Source: a virus
Strand: one strand, 5' to 3'
Length of the DNA: 64,000 bases
IMG/VR virus record: IMGVR_UViG_3300024255_001563
Coordinates: 71,459 to 135,458 of that record
Shown in pieces: positions 18,323-28,448 of the stretch; position 1 is the stretch's first letter; each line of letters begins with the position of its first letter. The notes beneath the pieces were generated by a model. That model saw only the letters and a program-made list of their open reading frames with translations, had not been told where the DNA came from and made no database searches. The position numbers and the translations under genes were made by a program.

Positions 18323-19501
18323 TTAGCTAAAGCTTACATTACCATTAGTAATTGCAACGTTAGCTAAGTAATCAGCTGCGTTACCAAGCGATGATGCTGT
18401 GTTGTTTAACTCAACATATCCGTAACGTGTCATGAATGACACTGTTGGTTCGAATGATGTTGGGTCAAGCACAACGCCTGAGCTCATTAGTGGGATGTAT
18501 GGGCAATAGAATGCTGCTGCATCTGATTCACTTGAACCTTTGTAGCCAACTAGTACTGCTGTACCGTCACCTGCATATGTGTCTACATAGACACGCATTG
18601 CGTTATTTAATGTACCAACCATTTTAGTGTTAGTTGGTGCTTCAAATGTACCCTCTGTTGTACGTGCAAATGCGCTTGTAGTAGCACTTTGTAGAATTGT
18701 TAGCGCAAATGGGCTAACGACTGCAAAGTTACCTGCGCCTCTGCGTGTACGCTGAGCGATTAGGTTTGATGCACGGTTGATTTGTACTGCAAGTGCTGCA
18801 TGCTCGTCACCAACAAATGTTGCTGTACCAGACACGCCCGCTTGGTCGTATGTTTCAACTGCTGCACCACTTAGTGTGCGTAAAGAAGCTAATACTTCTT
18901 GATCGATTTCAGCAGTAATCTCTTGTGCTAGAGCAGCCATAATTTCTGCTTCAACATCAATACCATGTTGGGACTGAGCATCTTGAGCTGATTCAAACGT
19001 CCAACGAGCACTCAACTTACGAGTTTTCGCTTCAACAGTTTGCTTCAAGATCTGAATGCTTAGTTGATTACCAGCTGCACCTTCAAGAGCTGCTGTACTG
19101 TTTGCTGCACCAGGGTTTGCTTCATCACCTGAATATGATGTTGCAATTTTGAATGGGCTTAGAGCCTCTTCACCTGCTGTTGCACCGTTGGCGCCCGCAT
19201 TCACAGTGTCGCTATAACGAACACGTAGAGTGTGGATTTGACCAACTGGACCAGTCATAGGCTGAACACCTACGATTTCATTAGCAATGACTGTTGGCAT
19301 TACACGTCTGATCACTGGTAGGATCACACGATTTAGAGTTGCTACGTTACCGGCAGAAGTAGCGCCTGCAGTGGCTGTCTCTGACAAATACTTACGTGTA
19401 TTTTCCAAAGTTGCGGCCATTACAGATTTCTTGTTGCCATTTAGGCCTTCAAGAAGTGCTGTCTTCGTATCCTGCCAGCGACTTTCTAGTAGTTCTGACA
19501 T
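18323..19501 (-). CDS. gp23: Major capsid protein, T4 gp23 family, 392 aa
   Basis: RRVMP..IA.EIVGVQPMTGPVGQI, VEAKTRKLSARWT.E.AQD, AFYCPYIPL, FMTRYG motifs. Confidence 0.95.
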   Translation of the reverse strand: MSELLESRWQDTKTALLEGLNGNKKSVMAATLENTRKYLSETATAGATSAGNVATLNRVILPVIRRVMPTVIANEIVGVQPMTGPVGQIHTLRVRYSDTVNAGANGATAGEEALSPFKIATSYSGDEANPGAANSTAALEGAAGNQLSIQILKQTVEAKTRKLSARWTFESAQDAQSQHGIDVEAEIMAALAQEITAEIDQEVLASLRTLSGAAVETYDQAGVSGTATFVGDEHAALAVQINRASNLIAQRTRRGAGNFAVVSPFALTILQSATTSAFARTTEGTFEAPTNTKMVGTLNNAMRVYVDTYAGDGTAVLVGYKGSSESDAAAFYCPYIPLMSSGVVLDPTSFEPTVSFMTRYGYVELNNTASSLGNAADYLANVAITNGNVSFS

Positions 19502-19511
19502 TTCAATCTCC

Positions 19512-20612
19512 TTAATTCAATCCAGCAAGACGACGAATGTCTAATACATTACTATCATCTTCTGTACTACTGTTTGTTTGCGAAACCATTTCGCGGTTGC
19601 CTGTTACTTTTGTGCCTTCTGTAATTACTGCCTTACGCTTTGCTGGAGAATTTCCGTCAATAACTGATGGTAAGTACTTGTCAAAAGATTTTTGAAGTCT
19701 TTCGGTTTGTACTGATTCCAGTAAGTCTGTCATAATTTCTTTTTGATCCTTTGATAAAGGAGCAATTAAGTCATTAATTGTCTTCTCACGTTTTGCTGAT
19801 TCAATTAAGCGTGATTTCTCTTTGTTAACTGATTCTGCGAGAGTTTTTGCTTTCGTAGCAAATGCCTTAGCTTCTGACAGTTGTCGATCTTTAACATCAA
19901 TAACTTTTAGAAGTTTAGTTGTTTCTGATTTTTCATTTAAGTGAGAAACCATATATTCATTTGCAAATGCTTCAAAAATCTTACGACCGAAGTCGTTGCT
20001 ACGTGCTGCATCGATATCTTCTTTCAGTGCTGAAATCTCTTTTTTGAGACCTTTTGCAACTGTTTCTGATACTGCTGTAGCACTTCTTTCGATAAAGTCT
20101 TTTTTGACTTTAGCAAAGTGCGTTTTAGCTTCACGTACTAAACGTACTTTTGTTTCAGCTAAATCTTTTTTATCCTCATGGAACTCTGCTATCTCTGTAG
20201 ATAGAGCTTCTACAACAAACTCTTCTAGCTTGGCATATGATTCTGCCATTGCTTTCTTGTCTGCTCGTAGTTCTTGAATTTCTTTTTGTAGCTGTTCAGC
20301 TACAAACCCTTTTAGTAGATTTGCATTTTCACGTTGTGCAACGGCAAACTTAGCTTTTGCTTCAGCTAGCTGCGCACGATCTTGTGTAAATTCTGCAATT
20401 TCTTCTGTTAGGCGCTCAGAAAGCATGGCATCAATGGCTTCAACCATTGTTGCTTTATCATGCTCGTATTTACTAGCAAATTCTTCACGTAACTCAGCAG
20501 TTGCCTGCATTTTGTTTTCGTGAATCTTGCCTTTCCAAGCTTCTTCAATCTGTGCTCTGATCTCGTCCGATACAACATCGTTTTCAAAGAGTGTTTTCAG
20601 TGCATCTATCAT
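19512..20612 (-). CDS. gp22: Prohead core scaffolding protein, gp22-like, 366 aa
   Basis: Coiled-coil rich, between protease and capsid genes as in T4. Confidence 0.8.
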   Translation of the reverse strand: MIDALKTLFENDVVSDEIRAQIEEAWKGKIHENKMQATAELREEFASKYEHDKATMVEAIDAMLSERLTEEIAEFTQDRAQLAEAKAKFAVAQRENANLLKGFVAEQLQKEIQELRADKKAMAESYAKLEEFVVEALSTEIAEFHEDKKDLAETKVRLVREAKTHFAKVKKDFIERSATAVSETVAKGLKKEISALKEDIDAARSNDFGRKIFEAFANEYMVSHLNEKSETTKLLKVIDVKDRQLSEAKAFATKAKTLAESVNKEKSRLIESAKREKTINDLIAPLSKDQKEIMTDLLESVQTERLQKSFDKYLPSVIDGNSPAKRKAVITEGTKVTGNREMVSQTNSSTEDDSNVLDIRRLAGLN

Positions 20613-20625
20613 TACTTTCTCCTGT

Positions 20626-21249
20626 TCACTGGAGTTTGTTGATTATATTAATCAACGATTCCTTAAGATACTTTTGTGCCTTAGTGTCATGTTTTGTTGC
20701 CTGTGCTAGTTCATATGCCTTCATTCCCCCACGTGCATTTATCAAATGTTCATAAATTGGTGTAGGATATGCACCGGGGGCGCTGGGCTGAGCCACAACG
20801 TCCACGGTGATAATTTCGAAATCAGAAACGGTGTTACTGCCGTCGTCTGATACGTTACCACTACCACGCGACGAGACGCCTAGTTTAACGCCTGCCTCAA
20901 GCATCGTTTTAACTAGGTTTCCCATTGGTGTTGGTAGTATTTTTAGTTTACCGTAACCGTTATCACCTTCCATCCACGTTTCCGTGATCATATGGCTAAC
21001 ACGGTCAATGTTAATATTAAGACCTTCTGGATGATCAACTTCACCGAGAACACTGTATCCTCCAGTAATTTGATCATTGAGAGTTTTGACAGCCCTGCCG
21101 ATTTCATCTACAGGATACACTCGCTGATTAGCGTTGCGAACACCACCTTGGATCATAATACCTTTTAAATAAAGGTCTTTTCCTTCGTTGGCACCCTCAA
21201 GCACTATATTAGCTTGGTCGAATGTCAAATGCTCTTGTAAGTTTCTCAT
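20626..21249 (-). CDS. gp21: Prohead core protease, gp21 family
   Basis: NANQRVYP, LGEVDHP, VSH, LGVSSRGSG, DVVAQPSAPGAY motifs. Confidence 0.95.
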   Translation of the reverse strand: MRNLQEHLTFDQANIVLEGANEGKDLYLKGIMIQGGVRNANQRVYPVDEIGRAVKTLNDQITGGYSVLGEVDHPEGLNINIDRVSHMITETWMEGDNGYGKLKILPTPMGNLVKTMLEAGVKLGVSSRGSGNVSDDGSNTVSDFEIITVDVVAQPSAPGAYPTPIYEHLINARGGMKAYELAQATKHDTKAQKYLKESLINIINKLQ

Positions 21250-21265
21250 CTAGATTTCCTTACGG

Positions 21266-22261
21266 TTATTTGCCTACAACAGATTTTTTGTTGTCAGCAG
21301 TCTCAGGCTTGCCCTTTTTCTCAGCGCCGTGGCCTGGTTGCGACTTCATTGATTTTGAAGCCTTACCGCCTGGAACATTTACATTCCCTGCGTTATCTTC
21401 TTTTTCGGCTGGGTTAGCTAATCCACCGGATGTACCGCTTTCGTCAGCTGTTTCACCTTGTACAAGATTTCCTGCTGTGCCGCCCATATCGTTTTTACCT
21501 GCTACTGCTGACTTAGTGTTTGCACCGTTGTCACCCATTGTAGCTGATACTTTTTCTACATACTCACGCATTTGTTCGCCTGCGCTTTTTACTGATTCGT
21601 CCATGTCTTTAGCTGCATCACCATACTTCTTTTCAAATTCTGCTTTTGACATGTTTTCTTTGTCTTTGATCATCTGCTCTGAATGACCACCTTCTTCGAT
21701 TTCAGTGTCGTCTGACTCGTCAACTTCTTCGTCGGTTGCTTCAAACGCAAATGCTTCTTCTGGCTCTTCTTCACCTTCGTCGTCGCCCATGTCATCCATG
21801 TCGTCGTCGCCTTCGTCGTCGCCAGCCATCATTTTTTCAAATTCTGCTTTTAGGTCGTCTAGTGCGTCTTCTAGGTCTTCAACACGATCTTCAACATCGC
21901 CTTCGCCTTCTTCGTCGCCTTCGTCGTCGCCATCTTCGATGTCACCTATCATGTTGTCTGCTGCATCGCCACCTATATCCATTGGATCTGCTTCTACTTC
22001 AAACTCGTCTAGGTCAAAACCTTCTTCAACTTCTTCGTCAGTTGCTTCATCTAGGTCTTCATCTGATTCATCTACTTCTTCATCAGTTGCTTCTTCAACT
22101 TCGTCATCTGACTCGTCTACTTCTGCTTCATCTTCGAGTAGTGATTCATATATATCTCTTGATTTTTCTACCACAATCTCGTGGAATAATGCTTCTGCAC
22201 CATCTTTATCTTCGTTGATAAGAAGGTCGAGCATTTCTTCGAATTTATTACGATCTGCCAT
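21266..22261 (-). CDS. Highly acidic prohead core/internal protein, 331 aa
   Basis: D/E-rich with repeated EATDEEV(D/E)E; lies between portal and protease, where T4 has gp67/gp68. Confidence 0.7.
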   Translation of the reverse strand: MADRNKFEEMLDLLINEDKDGAEALFHEIVVEKSRDIYESLLEDEAEVDESDDEVEEATDEEVDESDEDLDEATDEEVEEGFDLDEFEVEADPMDIGGDAADNMIGDIEDGDDEGDEEGEGDVEDRVEDLEDALDDLKAEFEKMMAGDDEGDDDMDDMGDDEGEEEPEEAFAFEATDEEVDESDDTEIEEGGHSEQMIKDKENMSKAEFEKKYGDAAKDMDESVKSAGEQMREYVEKVSATMGDNGANTKSAVAGKNDMGGTAGNLVQGETADESGTSGGLANPAEKEDNAGNVNVPGGKASKSMKSQPGHGAEKKGKPETADNKKSVVGK

Positions 22262-22314
22262 ATCTATCTCCTATAAATTTTATCACACTTAACCAGTGTG
22301 GGGCTGTCATAATG

Positions 22315-22320
22315 TATTTA
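22315..22320 (-). promoter_or_regulatory. Late promoter (TAAATA) for the core/protease/scaffold/capsid operon
   Basis: GTAAATAC ~55 nt upstream of ATG, followed by a CACACT/AGTGTG hairpin and AGGAG. Confidence 0.5.
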
Positions 22321-22370
22321 CTTAATAGATATAAAAGTGCGCAGAAATAGGCTCAAAACAGGCCATTTAT

Positions 22371-23147
22371 TCACGAGTTAGTAGTTTCTTCAATAATTTC
22401 TATAAAACTCTTAACATTTATGTGTTTTAAATTCTTAAATTTAGCTAAATCTTTTGGTATATACGAGTCATCTTCAATAACTCTTACATAATTTATTTTT
22501 GGGTTTGTTTGTATAACACTTGATGTTTGACGCATCCAGTTTCCAAAGAAGGTTGCACTATCGGTAGATTTTTTATAATTTGCAGTGTTTGAATATACAT
22601 TATTAAAATGTTTGCCATCATTTAATCCTCTATAATCAAATCCTAAAATATAAATTGTTTCATACTTGTGTTCTGAAGCTAACCATAATGCAGTAGGACC
22701 ACTACTCCAACCTTTACTCGGATTAAAATAATTAAAATGTTTAAATTTTACATATGACCTGTTTGGATTTGTCCAAACTTCATTTTTCTTTTGATATCCT
22801 GATTTATTAATTTCTAATATCATTTTAGTATCAACAGCAACTAAGTAATCAGGTTTATAATGTCTATAAAGAGCATTACATCCGTAAACTCTTCCCATCT
22901 GTTGCAAAGGTGACAATGGAATATTAGCTCTGCTAGTACCGTTACCTAATACAAAGGCAATTTTACCTTTGCTTTCTTCTTTTTTATATTTGTTTTGATT
23001 TTCTAAATTGTCGCTTATTGTATTAACTTGAACTTGTTTTTTTGCAGCTTCGCGACTTTCTCTTTCTTGCTGCTTTGTCTTTTTTCTTTGTTCTTTGATA
23101 ACTTTCCACTGAGACTTTGTGTATTGAGACTTATCTAGTTTTACCAT
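22371..23147 (-). CDS. Maf/DUF115-like (sialyltransferase-fold) glycosyltransferase-like protein, 258 aa
   Basis: AFVLGNGTSR, YGCNALYR, PDYLVAVD, SSGPTAL, IYILGFD motifs. Confidence 0.65.
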   Translation of the reverse strand: MVKLDKSQYTKSQWKVIKEQRKKTKQQERESREAAKKQVQVNTISDNLENQNKYKKEESKGKIAFVLGNGTSRANIPLSPLQQMGRVYGCNALYRHYKPDYLVAVDTKMILEINKSGYQKKNEVWTNPNRSYVKFKHFNYFNPSKGWSSGPTALWLASEHKYETIYILGFDYRGLNDGKHFNNVYSNTANYKKSTDSATFFGNWMRQTSSVIQTNPKINYVRVIEDDSYIPKDLAKFKNLKHINVKSFIEIIEETTNS

Positions 23148-23149
23148 TA

Positions 23150-23395
23150 TTAAACACCTGCTTCAGCATTAGATTGTATGCCATACATTTGTCTAACAAA
23201 TACTAGTTCCTTCTCCTGTTCTTCTTTGTGAAATTCACTAGCTTTTCTTATTTTATTAATTTGGCTTAATGTTAATCTTGTTTTTCTTGTATCGTCATAA
23301 TCTACTGGAGATTCATCAGATGCAGGATCGTAAGTAGTGTCATCTACTGTCTCTAAAGTTTCTTTGTCAAAATAAAATAATTCACGTAGTATCAT
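23150..23395 (-). CDS. Small head-cluster protein, 81 aa
   Basis: Directly after portal; DTRKTRLTLSQINKIRK...VRQMYG. Confidence 0.75.
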   Translation of the reverse strand: MILRELFYFDKETLETVDDTTYDPASDESPVDYDDTRKTRLTLSQINKIRKASEFHKEEQEKELVFVRQMYGIQSNAEAGV

Positions 23396-23400
23396 GTTAG

Positions 23401-23408
23401 TATTTATA
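23401..23408 (-). promoter_or_regulatory. Late promoter TATAAATA overlapping the portal stop codon
   Basis: Exact T4 late consensus, 5 nt upstream of the ATG at 23395. Confidence 0.6.
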
Positions 23409-25149
23409 CAGTTTGGCTAGTTGTTGTTGTTTCTGATCCTTGACTATCAGTTGCACTAGAAGGACCATCTTCTGCTCCGCCTTCGATAGGAGTAACATCT
23501 CCTTCTAGTTCATCTTCTGCGCCAGTTAAATCGTCAGATATGCCTGCACCTGTAATTCCTTCGCTTCTAAGTTCTCCGCTAGCATCAGTTCCGTCTGCTG
23601 GCATTATGTCTTCATTTTCTTGTCGCCACAAGCGTTCGTTTTCTGCAACTTCTTCATCAGTCATTCCTAAGAACCTTTTTAGTGCAAATCTATTTGAAAT
23701 ATAAGGGATAGCACTCATTTGTGTGTATGTTGGTACACGAGCATTATCAATTTCACTTTGACGATATGCAGCAAAGTTTTGTGGCGGTTGGAATCTAATA
23801 TCAAACATTGAAGTATCAATGTTTATACCTTTTTCAAGTAAGTAGCGTTTAAACTCTGTGTTAAATTCTTCAATCACTAAGTTTTGTAAACGTTCACAGT
23901 AAGTATTAAATCTTAATTCTTGAATATATGCTGTACCCACTCTACCGTCATTATATTGGGCGGCACTGTCGTCAGCACCAGTTGGTAGGTAACTACTAGG
24001 TATACGCAAACCTCTAACCAATTTATTTGTGAAATATCTAAGGTCATCAATCTCTCCTAGGTTAGTACCGCCTGGTAGTGTTTCAACTTTTGATCCACGG
24101 CCTTCTGCTGTCTGTGGAAAAAAGTAATCTTCGTTGATTGACAGAGGATTATATGAACTGTCTATGACATTTGATCCACCTCCTGTCGACGATGGGATAC
24201 GTCTTTGATGTATTTCCGTTTTAACACGTTCCACAAATTGCATAGCAAGGTGTGATGGCATGTTGCCCACATCAACGTAGAATACTCTGCGCTCTGGCGC
24301 ACGTTGTACACGATAGATAATAATAGCATCTTCGAGTAATTCTTTTTGTTTGTATACTTTAAAAATAGTTTCAAGTAAACTATTACCAAAAGGAAAGTTG
24401 TTGTCTAAGCCTTCTGATAAACTTAAATGAACAACATGTTCAGCATCAACAGTGATTTCGTTTTCTTCTCTATGAAATCTGCTACCACTGGTCGATGTTT
24501 GAGGTTGTCCTACCATACCCCTTGCACCGCCGGAAGGTTGATACTGAGGATTACTGCTAGTAATATTACTTCCTGTTTGATAAGGAGATGTCATTACATT
24601 ATCTTTAAAATTAATATTAAAGTTTTTAATTACATATTGTTCAGGAGTTTTGCCTTGAGATTCATTTACAATAATACTCGATACGTTTGCAGGATCTACA
24701 TGAAACCATTTTTTAGTTTCTGGATCTCTTACAAAAAATTGATCTCCATACTTGAATACATTTCTTAGCACTCTAAACATTTTTGTATCAAAAGAATTTA
24801 GTCTACACCATTGCTGTAGATATTTTTGTATAATTGTAGTTTCTGAATTTGTAGCTTGTTGTTTAAAGTCAATTTTAAAATGTGTATCATTTGACTTGTG
24901 TTTCTGTGTACAAAATTCAGCAAGGATATCTAATGCAGCATTTACTTCTGAATCTAAATCCATTGTATTATATTGACCGTAACGTTCAACACGATTCGGT
25001 GACCCAACATATACATCAGGTAAGTACGAACTATAATTAGTCCTAGCCGGACCTGCTTGAGAATTCGTATTCTTTGAACTCAAAGGAGAATATGTACCAG
25101 AAGGATTATCTCCTGTCGGCACCGGTGTAAAATATTTTTTCCAACTCAT
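23404..25149 (-). CDS. gp20: Portal vertex protein, gp20 family, 581 aa
   Basis: LLEDAIIIYRVQRAPERRVFYVDVGNMP, EDYFFP..EGRGSKVETLPGG, DDLRYF.NKL..GLRIPSS. Confidence 0.95.
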   Translation of the reverse strand: MSWKKYFTPVPTGDNPSGTYSPLSSKNTNSQAGPARTNYSSYLPDVYVGSPNRVERYGQYNTMDLDSEVNAALDILAEFCTQKHKSNDTHFKIDFKQQATNSETTIIQKYLQQWCRLNSFDTKMFRVLRNVFKYGDQFFVRDPETKKWFHVDPANVSSIIVNESQGKTPEQYVIKNFNINFKDNVMTSPYQTGSNITSSNPQYQPSGGARGMVGQPQTSTSGSRFHREENEITVDAEHVVHLSLSEGLDNNFPFGNSLLETIFKVYKQKELLEDAIIIYRVQRAPERRVFYVDVGNMPSHLAMQFVERVKTEIHQRRIPSSTGGGSNVIDSSYNPLSINEDYFFPQTAEGRGSKVETLPGGTNLGEIDDLRYFTNKLVRGLRIPSSYLPTGADDSAAQYNDGRVGTAYIQELRFNTYCERLQNLVIEEFNTEFKRYLLEKGINIDTSMFDIRFQPPQNFAAYRQSEIDNARVPTYTQMSAIPYISNRFALKRFLGMTDEEVAENERLWRQENEDIMPADGTDASGELRSEGITGAGISDDLTGAEDELEGDVTPIEGGAEDGPSSATDSQGSETTTTSQTV

Positions 25150-25160
25150 TTAATTCTCCG

Positions 25161-27491
25161 TTATCTTAAAACTGTGCCTCTAATAGTATTAGAGCCTATA
25201 CCTCTTATACTTCTGGACATATCTTTTTCAACTGTGTATGTTTTTTCAAGAACACTTAAAACGTGTCTCATAGTATTATTTAATTCCTGTATTGAACCAC
25301 TTGATGCACTATTATAACTGCTATTCATTGCATTGTCAAGTACTTTTCCTTCAGGACTATTTCTAGGAACAACTGCTTCGTTGCCGTGAAGTACTGAAAG
25401 TGTGCCTCTACCAAAATCTTTAAATCCTCCAGTGCCATTAGCATAAGTGTTATTCACTAGTGCGTTATACACTTTGTTTACAAGTTCTGTTTCCTGTTCA
25501 GTAAGTCCGCCTTCACTAGTACGTCTTTTTTCAAGTTCATTTATTGCTTGCTCTGTAACCCATGCCGGGTTCACCGGAAGGGTTATAGATTGCCCATATC
25601 CTGTTTCTGTGTACGTTGTACTTGTACCAGTTGCAGCAGCTAAATCTTTATATAGTTGAGATCCAGCATCAAGTCCGCCACCGATATCAGATAAATTAAA
25701 GACTCCTTTGCCTGTTAAGTCTTTTAGTTGTCCTTCAGCAGTTCCTGTATCTATACCAAATACTATTTTATTAAACGCTCTTGCAAACTGACTAGCCATC
25801 ATATCAAACAACTTATCCATTATAGGCTTTAATGTTGCAGAAATATCTGCCCAGAGATCGTCTATAGCTTTTTTAGGATCTGTATCAAAATCAGTAAAGA
25901 ATTTTTGTAATCTGACATTAAGTTTTTGCATTTGTCCTGTGATATATGCTATTGCAACACTAAATCTTGACCCTTCACCCGTTTCGTCTGCTGTAAACCC
26001 GCGCATCCACTCAGTAAAACTCTGAAGTGCAGGAGTAATTGCAGTATCAAGAAAAGGATTAACTAATTGTTCTTGAAGTGCTTTTCGTGTATCACCTAAA
26101 GATCTTCTAAACAATACTACTGCATCTCTTTCTTCGTTTGCTGTTTTAATGACTCCTTCATTGAAGTCTTTAATAAATGCCTCTTTCATAAAACTAAATG
26201 TACCGTCGGAATTTTCTTTTATGTAGTTTGATAACTGATCTACCGATAAGTTTAGATTAGATAGTAGCGTAGCCGGAACACCGTCTATACCAGCTGCACC
26301 TGCTTTTATTAATGCTAAATTATCAGCACTTGCTGTTAATTGTGCTTCTAATTGAGCAGCTATTCTTTCACCTCTGGTTTTAGTCATAGTTTCGCTTGTT
26401 AGTTGACCTTTTAGTATTGCATCTAAATCATTTTTTAACAATGTAAATGATTCTTTTTGTAGTGTCTGAAATACTTTCTGTTCTTCACTGATTGCTGGCA
26501 TTCCTAAGAAACTTAATTTAATACTATCTACACCAGCTTGACCCATTGTTTCTGCTGCTTCTGACATTAACTTATCTAGTGCAGCTCGTTGTTCAGGTTC
26601 TAATCTAGCTCTTTCCATTTGAAATGCAATATCTGCTTGTGCTAGTGCTAATTGTTCTTGTTGTGTTTTAATATCTTTACCAGTTAATTTTGCAAGTGTT
26701 GCAAAATTTTCAGTCAACGCTGCTGCTGCTAGTGCTTGTTCTTGTGCAGTTCTTTGTTCGCCTGCTCTACCTGCTCTGTCAATATATTGATAGTATGCCA
26801 ACTGTTCGGCAACTTCATCAGTGGTTATACCTAATGCTCCAAACTTTAACATTAATTCGTCGCTTATTGCACTTTGTAACTGACGTGTACTTCGCACGCC
26901 GCCATCTACTGTGCCGCCAAAGGCTGCCATTCTTTGTGAATTTTGTCCTACAAAATTAGATAGCGTACCAAGATCCATATATAGATCTTTTGCTGCCATT
27001 CTAAGATCACCTAAGTCGCCGCCAAAACTACCACCAACTTTACTTAAATTTGCAAATGTATCATATGATTCATCTATTTGACTTGTAAAAAACGCAAGTC
27101 CTTGGCCTATTATCGGAATATGCCTTGCAAAATCAGTAATCTGAACAGTTGATCCTAATAATTCTTTTGTAAATCCTAGAAGAGTATCTACAGCCATATC
27201 TAAACCAGCTGAAAATACTCCTAGTGCCCCTTTTCCTAGTTGACTTAGTTTACTAGCACTCTCGTCAACTGCATCAGTATGACTTTCTAATGCCTTTCTA
27301 TTTGTATCAACAGTCTTAACACTATTTTTTATAGATGTATCATACAGATTCATAGTTTTAGCTACTGATGATTTAGGATCGGCTCCTTGTTTACGTGCAA
27401 GAGCTTCAATTGCACCTACAAGTTTCTGTAGTGTTGCTTCACTTGCAACACCGTCGCCACCTACATTTAAAATATTTGATTCTTCAGCCAA
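25161..27491 (-). CDS. Tape-measure-like / tail length protein, 776 aa
   Basis: Helical Ala/Gln/Leu-rich; C-terminal YANGTGG...LHGNEAVVP motif typical of tape measure proteins; adjacent to hub/chaperone genes. Confidence 0.6.
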   Translation of the reverse strand: MAEESNILNVGGDGVASEATLQKLVGAIEALARKQGADPKSSVAKTMNLYDTSIKNSVKTVDTNRKALESHTDAVDESASKLSQLGKGALGVFSAGLDMAVDTLLGFTKELLGSTVQITDFARHIPIIGQGLAFFTSQIDESYDTFANLSKVGGSFGGDLGDLRMAAKDLYMDLGTLSNFVGQNSQRMAAFGGTVDGGVRSTRQLQSAISDELMLKFGALGITTDEVAEQLAYYQYIDRAGRAGEQRTAQEQALAAAALTENFATLAKLTGKDIKTQQEQLALAQADIAFQMERARLEPEQRAALDKLMSEAAETMGQAGVDSIKLSFLGMPAISEEQKVFQTLQKESFTLLKNDLDAILKGQLTSETMTKTRGERIAAQLEAQLTASADNLALIKAGAAGIDGVPATLLSNLNLSVDQLSNYIKENSDGTFSFMKEAFIKDFNEGVIKTANEERDAVVLFRRSLGDTRKALQEQLVNPFLDTAITPALQSFTEWMRGFTADETGEGSRFSVAIAYITGQMQKLNVRLQKFFTDFDTDPKKAIDDLWADISATLKPIMDKLFDMMASQFARAFNKIVFGIDTGTAEGQLKDLTGKGVFNLSDIGGGLDAGSQLYKDLAAATGTSTTYTETGYGQSITLPVNPAWVTEQAINELEKRRTSEGGLTEQETELVNKVYNALVNNTYANGTGGFKDFGRGTLSVLHGNEAVVPRNSPEGKVLDNAMNSSYNSASSGSIQELNNTMRHVLSVLEKTYTVEKDMSRSIRGIGSNTIRGTVLR

Positions 27492-27518
27492 AAGACATGT
27501 TTTCCATTATATGCGCAC

Positions 27519-27555
27519 ATAAATATACTGTATATATACTTATAGTATTATTTAT
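27519..27555. promoter_or_regulatory. Overlapping pair of late promoters: ATAAATA on + (27519-27525) and on - (27549-27555)
   Basis: Between divergently oriented 776-aa and 287-aa genes. Confidence 0.55.
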
Positions 27556-27567
27556 CCGGAGAACACA

Positions 27568-28431
27568 ATGCAGGAAATTCAACCAAGTGGGTCTAACCCA
27601 TTAAGAAAATACTTTCGGCAACCTAAATTATATTTAGAATTGCCTAGTAAGGGTAGATTCTACCCAGAAGGCTCAATAGATATGCCTGAAAATGGAGAAT
27701 TGCCAGTATTTCCCATGACAGCAAAAGACGAACTAACTATGAAAACTCCTGATGCACTAATGAACGGGCAAGCTACTGTTGATCTTGTAAAAAGCTGTGT
27801 GCCAAATATTATTGATCCTTGGAAAATGCCTTCAATTGATCTTGATACTATTTTAATAGCTATTAGAATAGCTACATTTGGACCAGAACTATCTGTTACA
27901 CAAGTAATACCAGGATTAAATGAAGAAAGGTCCTTTAGTGTAGATTTAAGATATACTTTAGAAAAGTTTTCAAGAATAAATTATGTTAACGAAATTGAAG
28001 TTGACAATATGTTAGTAAAACTATCTCCACTAACGTATAGACAATTTACTGATAGTAGTATGAAAACATTTGAAGAGCAAAGAATATTTGCATCTGTAAA
28101 CAGTAAAACTATGACAGAAGTTGAAAAAATGGAAAAGTTTAGTACTAGTTTCCGTAAGCTTACTGAACTAACAGTAGGCATGATGATAGACAGTATAGAA
28201 TCTATCACAGTTGACGACAACATAGTAGATAACAAAACATTTATAAAAGAATTTATTGATAATGCTGATAAGAACGTATTTTCCACTGTTTTAGATCATT
28301 TAGAAGCACAAAAAAATTCATTTGTAATGGAACCATTACAAGTTACGTTTAATGAAGAAGATGTAGCTAACGGTGCACCTAAAAATATGGAAATTCCTCT
28401 ATCTTTTGATCAATCAAATTTTTTCGTGTAA
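27568..28431 (+). CDS. gp26: Baseplate hub assembly protein / tail assembly chaperone, gp26-like, 287 aa
   Basis: YLELPSKG.FY, PMTAKDE, DLDTILIAIR.ATFG, terminal NFF. Confidence 0.75.
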   Translation: MQEIQPSGSNPLRKYFRQPKLYLELPSKGRFYPEGSIDMPENGELPVFPMTAKDELTMKTPDALMNGQATVDLVKSCVPNIIDPWKMPSIDLDTILIAIRIATFGPELSVTQVIPGLNEERSFSVDLRYTLEKFSRINYVNEIEVDNMLVKLSPLTYRQFTDSSMKTFEEQRIFASVNSKTMTEVEKMEKFSTSFRKLTELTVGMMIDSIESITVDDNIVDNKTFIKEFIDNADKNVFSTVLDHLEAQKNSFVMEPLQVTFNEEDVANGAPKNMEIPLSFDQSNFFV

Positions 28432-28448
28432 GTATTATATCTACAGGT

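Noticed and set aside
18116..18367. 83-aa plus-strand ORF
   Set aside because: Runs through a promoter and a terminator and into the capsid stop; no RBS
21705..22292. 195-aa Ser-rich and 160-aa Leu/Arg-rich plus-strand ORFs
   Set aside because: Antisense shadows of the GAA/GAC/GAT-rich acidic protein gene
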